Notes under the pieces: generated by a model
Seen by the model: only the letters and a program-made list of their open reading frames with translations
The model's database searches: none
Told to the model about the DNA's origin: nothing
Translations under genes and position numbers: made by a program
Shown: one piece after another, positions 50,933 to 62,613 of the stretch
Layout of the letters: the number at the start of each line of letters is the position of its first letter
Position numbering within the stretch: the first letter of the stretch is position 1
DNA from: Takakia lepidozioides
Taxonomy: Eukaryota; Plantae; Bryophyta
DNA: 64,000 bases
Assembly (NCBI GenBank): GCA_030704615.1
Contig: CM060731.1
Span: 44,516,001-44,580,000, forward strand
Direction: 5' to 3'

Positions 50933-53124
50933 TGTGCCGGCGGATGGGTCCTGCAAATTGATTGCCTTTGACCTGCATGTGCCGGTTGCAGGGCTATCAC
51001 AACCTACTACAGGCAGTTTGATAGGTGTTGACACTCACAGCTGGGTTATTACCAGGTGGACCACCTCTACCACGTCACACTAAAATCCAACATTATCACC
51101 AGCCGATAAGCTCCACGTGGAAATGCTAGAGGAGACCCAGCAAACTCCAGAATTTGGCTTGCCCCACATGGAAGGAGGCTCTAATAATAAGGTCATGACC
51201 AGTGTTGGACCGGTATATAGGTCTTGGGCAGGTATCAACTAGGGTAAGGGTAATGGTATGAAGGATCATACCAGGCAGTACATACAAGGGCAAAACCCTG
51301 GTGGGGTAGGAGACATGGTGTCAAGTTATTTTACCACTAGTGTGAAACTAGCTAGGAAATAGCTAGCTTTTACATATTGACATTTGGAATTGGCCCAAGT
51401 GTCAACCCAGGGGTCAAGGCAGATTCAGGCCCTGGAGTGGTTATCTTCACGGCAAGCGCGGGAGGCTCATCTTTCTCGAGTTGAGCCTCACCGCGCCTAG
51501 CTATGGCGCCGTAGTGTGGATTCCCCATGGCGTGGGGTGCACTTGGCTTGACTTGTATTTGAGTGATGAGGTTATATATGCATGAGTTTATGCTTCAGCT
51601 TTGTGAGCTCGCATGAGCTTGTGCTTGTATTCTTCTTCGTTATCACTCGAGAAAGATGAGCTCGAGTCTGTGAGTGCCAGGTTCGAGTTGTTTTGTAGCA
51701 CTTGTGTTTTCATGAGAAGCAGTTCAGCCTAGAGTGCAGGGATCCGTGCATGAGCCTATCCAAAGTGGATAGAGTGCAAAGGCGAACAGGTTGCAGGTTT
51801 GCAATGGATAGAGAGGCGGGTAGCCTATGTTGAAGAGCAGCGTTGTATAGCTCAACGCTATGGCAACCAAGTTTGGGCTTCTAGTGTGAAGCGGGGGAGA
51901 TGTTGGTCTCGAGTGGGTGAACTGGTGGTCGTCTTCTTCAGCTGCAGGCCAAGTTAAGGAGCTGCAGCAATGTGGAGCTGCGAGGGTGTTAGATGTAAGT
52001 CACAGTTATCGGGAGCTCCAACTTCAAGCTCATAAGGAGGTATGAGTGAAGAGAGATGGCTGATTTCTCTTGTATGCAAGCCAATGCATTTGTGGCTATG
52101 TTGAGTTGGGGGTTTCAATCTGAAACTCCAGCGGTATGAGGGCTCTTGCCATGGCAAGAGCGGGGCTGGAACAGGAGCTAAGAGGTGCGGCAAGGCCAGG
52201 GAATGTGCACCTAGGGTTTCAGAGCTTGGAAGAAAAATTCTTGCACCACAAGAGGAGTGTCTTGTGGCTGGAAATGTAAGCCTTAGGGTTTCAGGAGCTT
52301 GGCAAGGGATGTGGAGTGCTTAGTCTTGTCTTAGAGAGCATCAAGGAGCCAAGGAGCCAAGATAGGGGGCTGATATCTCTTGTGTGAAGAGGTTGCATGT
52401 GTGGAGCATGTATTCAGCTCATTGAAGCTTCCATCTTCAGCTTGGAGGGCAAGCAAGAAAGAGGGAAGGGCTGACTTCCCTTATGTGAGGGCAATGCATG
52501 TGTGGAGCATGCTATCAGCCTGGTGAAGGCTTGCACTTTCAGGTTTGTGGGTGCAAGAAATGAAGCAAAGGAGCTGATTCTCTTATGGTGAGAGTGGGGC
52601 ATGTGTGGAGCATGCCTTCAGCCCATTGAGGCTCTTGTTTTCAAGCTTTAGAGAGCTAGAACGGAAGGTCTAGGGCTGGTTTCCACTTGGAGTGAAAGAA
52701 AAGCACTTGTAGGGCCTATGTGAGTTGGGGTTTCAACTTCAAGCTTGAAGGGAGCGCAACTCTTGAAGCAGCAGGTGTAGGGGGCTGGAATAGGCTCTAA
52801 GACAGATGCTATGGCCAAGGAGAGTGCTTGAATGAGTGCTCACAAGGGCTGGGAACCAGCAGGGCTTGGTTGTTTGCCATTGAGTTTAGTGGCGTGTTTG
52901 GGGAGGCTAAGTGAGAAAGAAGGCTTGGTTTGTGGCAACCACCTCATGGCTTAGGGCTACTATGGTGGTGTGTGGGAGCCGAAAGAGCAAGAATACCTTG
53001 TTGATTTCCTCACAGCCGCCATAGCTCGGTGGAAAGAAGCCTAGAGTCCAAGAGACACAAACCCTAGCTTGGCGTGGCTAAACCCCTTGGAGAAATGGCT
53101 AAACTGCCAGAACGGCCATGGATG

Positions 53125-53600
53125 GAGCTGTGACGGGCTGTCCCTGTGGCCTTGGGGGCTGTGACGGGCTGTGAGGGGCTGTGCTAGTGGCCTTTGGGGC
53201 TGTGCCGGGCTGCGCGGTGGCCTTCAGGGTTGTGATGGGCTGTGCCTAGTGGCCTGTGGGGCTGTGACAGGCTGTGACATGCTGTGGCGAGCTGTGACGG
53301 GCTGTGCCAGTGGCCTGTGGGGCTGTGACGGGCTGTGAGGGGCTGTGGCTTTTGGGGCTGTGACCCTGTGACCTTTATAGGGCTGTGACAGGCTGTGCCT
53401 GTGGCCTTTGGGGTTGTGATGGGCTGTGACAGGCTGTGACATGTGGCCTTTGGGGCTGTGACAGGCTGCGGCCTGTGGGGCTGTGACCCTGTGACCTGTG
53501 TAGGGCTGTGACAGGCTGTGGCCTGTGAGCTGTGTGGGCCTGTGCTGGTCTGTGGTGGCTCGTGTTGGCCTGTGGACGGCTTGTGCTGACTTGTGGAGGC
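53125..53600 (+). repeat. GGGCTGTGAC-type minisatellite in the element's 5' non-coding region
   Basis: Many imperfect gggctgtgac/ggcctgtg units. Confidence 0.9.
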
Positions 53601-54238
53601 ACTGGGACTGGTATGTGGTCTTGAAGGCCGAATTTTGAAGCTCGTGGAGGGCGGTTTGAGGAGTATCTTCATGATATTCCCATGGTCATGCAAGTGAGGG
53701 AAGAGTGGAGAGAAAGAGTGTTGGGATGAGGGCATGCTGGGGTTAGGCATTGCTTTAGCTTCTCTTCCTCATAGTTTTCACCCTCTCATTAGGCCAAGAC
53801 CTTTCCGTAGGTGGAGGCAAGAGTCATTCCGGGTTTGGGCTGGGGTGTCCTTGCAGGAGCAACACCGTGGAGTTGTTTTTGGTGTGGGGGAGTTGTCGTT
53901 CTGATTTCTTGTGTTTGGATCCCCTCCATACCTGCATGCTTGACTGTGCGCCATGCTAGTTTTGTGTGGGCGCTTGTTTTTATAGGTGATTGGTCCGGAT
54001 TTGATCACCGGCCAGTCCTAGAGCATGCTGTCGATGGTGAGGCTGGGGTGATGACCAGCCAGACCATCATTGTTTCTCCAATGATGAGGTTGGAGGTGAT
54101 GACCAGCCAACCATAGGAGTGCTTGCGGTGGATGCAGGTACAAGTGTAGGCTATGTTAGGAACTTAATATTCCAAACCATAAGCCGCAACAGGTTCTCTA
54201 CCCGGTTACCTTGTGGAGAGGGGGTTAGGGACATGTTC

Positions 54239-56800
54239 ATGACCGGTTGAGTATCAACACAGAGGTGCCACTAGTTGCAAGGGACAGTGCCGGTTCGAGC
54301 ACTAGCAATACTAGTGGGTACACGAGACGAGGTGTGCGGTTTAGGCCACCTTCACCTCCTGTGTCTTCTACGGAAGGTCCTGATTCGGATTGTGAATCAG
54401 GAGGACTCATACCGGCAGTGCAAGTTGTTTCTTTGCCATTGTTGTGGGACACAATGGAAGAGATGTATGGAGCTACCAAGGGGCCACGAAGGTACTCTGG
54501 GGTGGTGGGCACCATCGAGTTGGATGATTTTATCCAAGAGTTTGATAGTTGGTGTGATTTGCAGCAAATGCGCAATCCACAACTATTTACACATTTCATG
54601 GCATGGAAGGGGCTGTTTCAGCACCTTGAGGGGCCGCCTATGGATGATTACCATGAGTTCAGGCGGGGGCATGAGGTTGAGATTGAGGAGTGGAGGATGT
54701 ACTGGTCACCCGACTATGTCTCCATCACTAGGGGTACTAGAGCCACGAGGGCAGTGGCTACACCTGCCGCTGCACTGGCAGCTTCAGCAAGTAGCAGTGG
54801 GACTAGTGGGACTGGTGGTACAGTAGCTACGACGTCCACCCAAGCCACTACCGCACCAGCACTAGTACCCGTGCCTGCCTTCAATCCTGTTGTGGAGTTC
54901 TTCGAAGAGTTGAGAGGGAACTACCAAGGGGTGAGGACAGAGAAGTTGCGGAGCTTGCAAGAGTTCCAACGGAAGCCGACCGAGAGCTTGAGGGAGGCTT
55001 TCATTCGCATGAGGCGCTTGATAAATGTAACCCAAGGGGTTACGGAAGCTTAGGCAATCCAATTCTAGTGTGGGATATTGGACAAGGAGCTGAGGAGAAG
55101 GGTGCGGGATGCAACTCTCCTACAAGCGGCCCAACCCACCTTAGCAAATGTGTTTTTGCTGGCAGAGCGGATAGAGCTCAACATGGTGGAGGAACAAGTG
55201 GTCATGTGGGATTTGCTAAGGAGACGCCACGGGGTAGTGGTGCTCCTAGCCAACCACTACCTCAACGTGCTCAAGGCAACAAGGGGGCTTAGGTGAAGCT
55301 CAGGGAATGACAGAGAGGACCTCAGATGCAGGGGTCTCTCCCTTCATTTGCTGGCCAACAACGGGCGGATGTGGTGTGCTGGACATGTGGAGGACCCCAT
55401 GTCAAGAAGGATTGCCCAGAGGGAGGCAAAGGGCCAGCTCATGCACAGCCTGCACAGTTGCAGTGTGGGCATTGTGGCAAGCACGGGCATGGAGAGGCCC
55501 AGTGTTATGGTTTGTATCCTGAGTTGCGCCCAGGCCAGTTCCAAGGGAACAATGGTGGCCGGGGGCAAGGTGGAGCAGCCCAGAGAGGACGAGGTGGCCA
55601 GCCACGAGGTGCAGGCCAAGGCAAGCTCAACATGGCCAAGGACGCGGAGGTCAAGGTGTTGACCAAGGCATGGCCAACCGGCTTCAGCAGCTAGAGCAGA
55701 GGCTCGCTGCCATGACTACAGCTCAGGTGGTACCGGCTCTAAGGCCGGATGGTCCACCTCCTCCTCCTGAGGGAGGAGATATGGGAGGCATGGGATTCAT
55801 GTGTGGAGCAGCACTACCACTAGTGCAGGTGGAGTCTGCTGCAGCCATGACTCGAGGAGCAGCACGAGTTCCTGAGCCACGAGGTGCAGAGGTGGAGTTG
55901 GATCCACAGCGTGGGGAGGCAAGCCGTCGGCTAGGCTTCCTCAGTCATTCACATTGGCGGAGACAGTGTTGACGCCATCCATGGCACCTAGTTCTCGCCC
56001 GACTGTTACCGAGGCGGAGGTTACTATGCCATTGGGGAGAGCTACACGGGTAGCACCACTACCTAGTGTTGCCAAGGCTACGGCAGCTAGTGTGCTGCTA
56101 GGAGTGGCCACATCTGTGTGCCAGGCTCCATTGTTCTCGGCTACCATGATTGCGATGCCGGGGGTAAGACCAGCTGAGGTGTTCAGGCTGGCAGCTACAC
56201 TCTGTGAAAGTGGGGAGGTTACTTCATCTACTGCGGAGATAGTGGGAGGTGTAGTGCCGGAGGGATCCTCGGATTTGAGGGTCAAGACTGCCACGGCGGC
56301 GCCATGGCAAGCTACAGCTGCCAGGTTGATGGAGCTGCCAGCTAGGCCAGCCATTGAGCGCGCCATGGTGACACATGGAGTTGTCATGTTAGACAACCAG
56401 GATGGCATTTTCTGTTTGAGTGGACCGGCAGGCAAGAGGTACCAGCCACTGCGGGTCTTGTTGGACTCGGGAGCTCAGCCATTGATGCTAGGCAGAGCTG
56501 CTATTGCAGGCTTGGGCCTCACGGATGCGGATATGGAGCCTTGTCCTTTCCAGATACAAACGTCTCTGGGAGGATCGGAGCAGGCTCGGGGCATGACACG
56601 ACGTGAGTTGGCTATCAGACTACGGCCGGATCACCCTACAGATGGCTCAGTGATGCGAGCCAAGGCCATTGTGACAGACGTGGTCTCATACGATGTCTTG
56701 GTTGGTGGGGCAGTGTTGTACCCCATGGGCTTCACCCTGGATTTTTGGGAGGAGTCAGCTTCCTATAGGCATGCATGGCAGTCAGGGGAGGGCCGGCGTG
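54239..56800 (+). pseudogene. gag (two CCHC knuckles) and aspartic protease of the DNMT element
   Basis: Retrotransposon gag helix FQRKPTESLREAFIRMRRL; CWTCGGPHVKKDC; CGHCGKHGHGEAQC; VLLDSGA...YDVLVG. Contains stops and frameshifts. Confidence 0.88.
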
Positions 56801-57171
56801 TGCAGCTCCCTGTGACGTTCATAGGAGGAGTTGCGGTTGCCCAGCGAGGCAAGATGCCGACACTAGCAGCATTCACAGCGGCAGTGAGTTGGCCTAGAGA
56901 GTTGCTTGAGGGCAACGCTCATTCAAAGGATGTGCCACCTCCGGGAGAGCAGGATGACATGTATGGTATGGCGAAGTTGCCTACCATGGTTGCTAAGACT
57001 CCATTGTGGGGCACGAGCAAGGATTTGCAGCGGGATGCTGATCAACGGGTGCAACAAGCCTGGGTGGAGGCTTTTGTACCGTCAGGAGAGGATGAGAGTG
57101 CGGGGATTGCACCAGGACCACCTCAGTTGTCTCCATTGGACACCACACCTATTGTGTGGCAGTATCCGGAT

Positions 57172-58110
57172 GAAGGCATTTGTCTTCTGGACTTGTTTGG
57201 CGGGATCAGCACCGGATTGGCTGCTGTGTTACAGGTTCGGCGTTACCTGTATGTGGAGAGGGATGAGACTGCGTTTCACTTCGCCATGTTGCTCAGTTGG
57301 TGCAGCGGTACCCTGAGTTGTTGCCGGTGTCTGCAGTTTGTGGATATCAGCAGGCCTTGCCAGCAAACATTTCGTTGCTGGGGGCGCAGGATTTGGAGCG
57401 GGTAGGCTCCATTGATCTGGTAGTGGCAGGTTGGCCCTGCCAAGGGCATTCATCCGCCAGGCATGGCAATGGATTGCGAGACTCGAGGTCGGGTCTGTTT
57501 TGGGAGATGGTGCGGGTTTTGCGCATCTTGCAGCTTCATCAAGCTGTATCTCCAGCATACATCTTGGAGAATGTGCCACTGATGGGCGATTCTCGGGCCA
57601 GGGTGATGGCCAGTGTGCATCAAGTCCGATCGTGGCTTGGGTCAGCAGTGTTGCTAGATGCAGCTACAGTGGGGTCACGGGCTCATCGTCCACGGCTATG
57701 GTGGACTAACTTGATGCCACCCGCACTGCTCAAGCGTGCATTTGATGGGGTGCAGCGGCCAGCACATCTCACAGTGGATAGCATTCTGGACACAGGGAGG
57801 CAGTCTCAGCGTGTGAGACACGATGACCGTTCGCCTTTGGCAGTGGTCAACAAGGTGGGTCAACCACGAGCAACATTACCTACACTGCTCAGCTTCCCAG
57901 GATCGCATGCTTTCCGGGATAGTGGACATGGCCTCCTGTGGGATGCTCATTGCAGCAGTTAGTGGAGCCTAATGCTGACGAGCGTGAGCGGGCAATGGGT
58001 TTTATCACTGGTACCACGGCGGTGTCGTCTCTTTCTGAGGCATTACGTCGTCAAGTGTTGGGGCAAGCAATGGATCTCAATTGCTTGACCTGGATTATCA
58101 GCTTGGCTAT
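57172..58110 (+). pseudogene. C5 cytosine DNA methyltransferase domain, DNMT3-like, inside pol
   Basis: Motif I LDLFGGISTG; II YVERD; IV DLVVAGWPCQG; GLRDSRSGLF; VI ILENV; VIII AHRPRLWWTNL; IX EPNADERERAMGF; X RRQVLGQAMD. Frameshifts at ~57290 and ~57950. Confidence 0.93.
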
Positions 58111-59029
58111 GGCTGAGCAACGCAGAGTGCGGAGTACTTTCCCTCGATGGTCTCTCTGCCTATCGAGACGGTACAGGCAGTGAGTGGGGGCGAGCATGTT
58201 AGGACCACGGGGTGCATGCATCCATGGCACACGTGGGAGGTGCTCGAGGTTTAGAGGGAGTTGGCAGCCAAGGCGACTGTGATGGATGAGGTTGGGGATT
58301 CTTCTCGGGTTGAGGAGGTCCTCAAGGATGAGATGATGGGGCAGGATGAGGCCTTGTCATTGACTGAGCAGGCAGGGAGTACTGCTCAAGAGGTTGTGGC
58401 ATAGCAACCACGGGACGTGTCCTCTACCTCTAAGTCTGTTGGACTTAAGGTTGCAGTTACGAAAGGCAATTGGGAGCCTGACATTGGACCTATTGTCACT
58501 AGAGGAGAGAGACGACGTATACGGCGGTTCCTGAGGCTTACAGGAATTGCTTTGCCTCTCGTGCTACGGTAGATGAGCATGAGAGACATGTTCAGGTTGT
58601 GCATCGACCGGGTTTGGTCAATAGGGATGCGGATGGATTGAGTCGCAATCCATGCACGAGCCAGCAGGATGACACTGGAGCTCGGTGGGCATGGTGAGAC
58701 GGACAAGGAGATGGTGCCGGGATGGCATGCATCTGCCTTTTTTGTGTATCTTGGCATCGGGAGGTCAGGTTGGACCTACAACAGGGATGACTGTAGACGG
58801 ATTGTCTGAGGACCCTGAGGCTAGTGATGAGCCAGGTGGTGCCAAGATATACATAAGGATTCGGTTGTGTTGGACTACCTCCGCACTGGAGACACGGTAG
58901 TTAGTGTGACTGCCAAGGAGAGGGATCGGATCCTACAACGAGCCAAGAGGTTCAAGTGGGAGGGGATACACATGCTTCGAGTGTGGGAGGATGGTCGGTG
59001 AGATTGTGCCTCACCCCACACAGCGTGCC

Positions 59030-60288
59030 ACGGTTAGTGCGGCATGCCCATGAGGAGTTGGGGCATTTTTGGAGTGCGACGCACTCACAGTTTACTGCAG
59101 GGGCAGTATTGGTGGCGTGGTATGCATACAGAGGTGCAACAGTTCGTGGCTAGATGCATGGTGTGTGACAGGGTGCGTGCTTCATTCAACGCCCCTACAC
59201 CATAGTTGCATCCTTTACCAATCATGGGATTGGGCTACAGGTGGAGTCTTGACTTCGCAAGACCGTTGCCACCGACTATGCGCCACCACAGATATGTGTT
59301 GGTGATGGTGGAGCACTTCTCCAAGTGGATTGAGTTGGTTCCATTGCCTGACAAGGCTAGTGAGGGGGCTGCGTATGCATTCTTGGATCGTGTGCTTAAC
59401 CGATTTGGTGCTCCAGCTGAGGTACTCACGAACCAAGGGAGAGAGTTTCTTGGGGGAGTTTCAGGCTTTGTGTGATAAAGCCTTGATAGACCACCGCACC
59501 ACTTCTCGGGATCATCCCGAGGCTGATGGCTTGGCAGAGAGAGTTGTTCAGACGGTGAAGAGGGGTTTGCGCAAGTATGGCTTGCAGAGGGACACCTAGG
59601 AGATTGGGATCTTCAGGTTCTTTGGTTAGCCATGGGCTACAGGTTCAGCAAACAAGCATCACTTGCCTCCTTCTCACCATATTTCCTTCTCTTTGGCCGA
59701 GAGCCGGATTTGCCTGTAGCCATTCGTAGGGACACTGCTCAAGTCCTTAACCTTGACGATCCGGACGTGTGGGTACGTGCATGTGATCAGCATGCAGAGT
59801 TGTTCAAGAAAGTCATGCCCATGGCTTTTGAGAACCTTGCCATTGCACAGCACCGTGATACGTTGAGGTATGCCACTATACGTGGTGGAGGATATCGTCA
59901 TGGGGTTCGGAGGTTTAGCCCTGGTGACTATGTTTATTTGCGCAGACTGCTCCTACGACTCTGGATGTTACTGCAAGGCGTGTTATTCTGAGGGTTCAAG
60001 AGGTGTTGCCCTCAGGAGTCCTGATCTTGGAGGGTCGGGATGGCATGACTTGGAAAGACCATGTGCGTAATTGTGCGCCATGTCACCTTCCCAATGTCGA
60101 TGGCAGAGTTGACCCAAACTTGGCAGTGGTACCTGCAGTTTGAGGTGCATGCTCTGTGGGTCTGCCAAAGGGGCAGCCACCATGCTGGTGTGTGATCGAT
60201 GCTCAAGGGTTGACATATGGGATGCTTGACACCACCTCTTGAGAAGGTTCCTGACGGAGATTGGTTGTGTCAACACTGCTTGGGATAG
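59030..60288 (+). pseudogene. DDE integrase with C-terminal PHD finger
   Basis: HEELGHF..YWW..CMVC; WSLDFA; VLTNQGREF (second D is N); HPEADGLAER; SPYFLLFGR. PHD 60146-60288: CMLC..LVCDRC..HMGCLTPPL..VPDGDWLCQHC*. Confidence 0.9.
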
Positions 60289-61510
60289 TGGTAGTGGACA
60301 TGACTGGAGGCAGCTAACAAGACATGGGAGGCCAAGCTCATAGGAGTCAATACATGAGATCCCAAGCTCAAGTTCACAGGTTGCAAGACGACGACTAACG
60401 ATGGGGCAACTCTTGCACCCGGCCTCTTGATCTATTATGTTTGAGTGTAGTAGGGATAGTGGTGGAAGACTTAGTGAGGCTATGGTCACTATCACATCTT
60501 GTGGCTACCTGGACTTAGAGGGACCTAAGCACCAGCTAGGGGGGCGATTGTGTGGACTAGTGACTGCCATAGTGGGCAGCATAGTGGCAGCCTAGTGACT
60601 GATTAGTTGTAGCCTAGTGGTTGGACTAGTGGCTGGACTAGTGGCTGGACTAGTGATATACTAGTGTGTGGCGTGCACATGTGTTGTGTGATTTTGGACA
60701 GCGATGTAGTTGTGTAATGATATGTATGCGTACGACAACTGTCAAGTTATTTTACCACTAGTGTGAAACTAGCTAGGAAATAGCTAGCTTTTACATATTG
60801 ACATTTGGAATTGGCCCAAGTGTCAACCCAGGGGTCAAGGCAGATTCAGGCCCTGGAGTGGTTATCTTCACGGCAAGCGCGGGAGGCTCATCTTTCTCGA
60901 GTTGAGCCTCACCGCGCCTAGCTATGGCGCCGTAGTGTGGATTCCCCATGGCGTGGGGTGCACTTGGCTTGACTTGTATTTGAGTGATGAGGTTATATAT
61001 GCATGAGTTTATGCTTCAGCTTTGTGAGCTCGCATGAGCTGGTGCTTGTATTCTTCTTCATTATCATTGTGTGGACTAGTGACTGCCATAGTGGGCAGCA
61101 TAGTGGCAGCCTAGTGACTGACTAGTTGTAGCCTAGTGGTTGGACTAGTGGTGAACTAGTGATATACTAGTGTGTGGTGTGCACATGTGTTGTGTGGTTT
61201 TGGACAGCGATGTAGTTGTGTAGCGATATGTATGCGCACGACAATGGACTTCTAAAACCTTGGCGAGAAACATACCGGTGGGGTCTTCTTCCTCGCGCTA
61301 TCACTCCAATGCCATGCATGCGTAGGTTGAGGGACAGGATGCAGGGGTAGGGTCTAGGGTAGTATGAGGTTAGGGATACTAACTACATATAGCGTTTTCA
61401 AGAGGGCACTTCAATGAGGATAAGTTACAAGTTGCTAATATGTTTGAAGAGTAGTAGATGAAATGCAATTTGTTAGTTTATGCGCTTAAAGAGTGATAGA
61501 GAAGAGTTAA

Positions 61511-62489
61511 GGGCCATTTGGGATAAGTAGAAACACCTAAAATGGAGCGGGTACCAAAAACGGACCCCTAGAAAAATACATAAAACTAACCATATGTCAT
61601 CTTTATTAAGGTGCTTTGATCACAAGTGGTCCAAATTAGGTCATGTGGTGGGCCACAATGGAACTCTAATGAACCGTTTTAACTCATACATGCTCATGAT
61701 GACACTTTGTCATTTTTGCTATTTTGTGAATTTCCAGCGACCAAAAGCACTTGGAATTCCACATCTCCCTCACCGCTTGTCCAAAAATCATTAGACCAAG
61801 CCGGTGCACCTCTCCTCGTCGAGGGCTTTCCAACGACACCAAGCACCGGGGCGCCCCGTTGCCCCGGGGTTTGGGAGATCTCAACGACGCTACAAAACAA
61901 AAAACAAACGTCTCGCACTTAATGGACAAGTTAATAACCACCGGCGCGCACTTGCACTTTGAGAGCATTATCAAGTCGAGACGGGAAGAATGAATCTTAA
62001 CATGTAGGAGAGGGGATCACATTCCGTGATCAACGATCCCAATTGAGTTTCACCTAGATCAACGATCAGGATTGAGTTTAATCCAAATGGACCTTGAGCT
62101 CCGTTTTCTTTAAGGTGGGAGGTTACTTTAAGGTCAATAAATGGTTATGTTAGTTGACTGACATGGTCCATGTTACTATGTTGTTTGATCACTAAAGTGA
62201 AGGAGGATGCACACTTTTTGGGCACCTTTGGCTCTAGATAAAGTGTACTTGATGTTCAAAATAGTACCCCCTACTGGTCCATTCAAGGTTATTCCATGAT
62301 TTCACATTGAATATTCACCAATATTACAAAATTATTCGGAAATTTTTATTTATTTTTGCATTAAATTTCATTTCTATGTGCCCACATCAGAAAAATATAT
62401 ACAACGACACTGCACACCTGAAACTGTACACATTTCTTAAATGATCCATTTTAGGTGTTTCTACCTTATTTTTCAATATTGAAATGGCC
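61511..62489. mobile_element. possible PIF/Harbinger-like MITE
   Basis: Imperfect inverted ends ggccattt...gtagaaacacctaaaatgga / tccattttaggtgtttctac...aaatggcc. The left end is preceded by TAA. Confidence 0.5.
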
Positions 62490-62613
62490 ATTTGAATAGT
62501 TGAAATTTTAATATGATTTAAAGGGCCTCCATCTTTTTCTTTTTTTCTTTTTTTTCTTTTAAGAGTTAGAAAGAACTACACTAGTGTAGCTGGTACTAGA
62601 CCCTGGCACATAC

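Larger units (their letters stand above)
51319..61243 (+). mobile_element. Ty3/gypsy-type retrotransposon with DNMT3-like methyltransferase, PHD-finger integrase and split direct repeats; RT/RNaseH deleted
   Basis: Termini TGTC...GACA; TSD atgg at 51315-51318 and 61244-61247. Repeats A1 51319-51645, B1 60549-60737, A2 60740-61066, B2 61068-61243. G-rich PPT lies just before B1. gag, PR, DNMT, INT and PHD are in order. Confidence 0.92.

Noticed and set aside
53184-53750. 188-aa and overlapping minus-strand ORFs
   Set aside because: These are translations of the GGGCTGTGAC minisatellite.
57172-58110. Host DNMT3/DRM gene or bacterial restriction-modification contaminant
   Set aside because: It is intronless, embedded in pol between PR and the RT remnant, and lies within TSD-bounded repeats.
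51319-61243. DIRS/PAT/Ngaro tyrosine-recombinase element, suggested by the split repeats and a methyltransferase
   Set aside because: No tyrosine recombinase was seen. It has an aspartic protease, a DDE integrase, TG..CA ends and a TSD, and the MTase is C5-cytosine type rather than the DIRS adenine-MTase-like domain.
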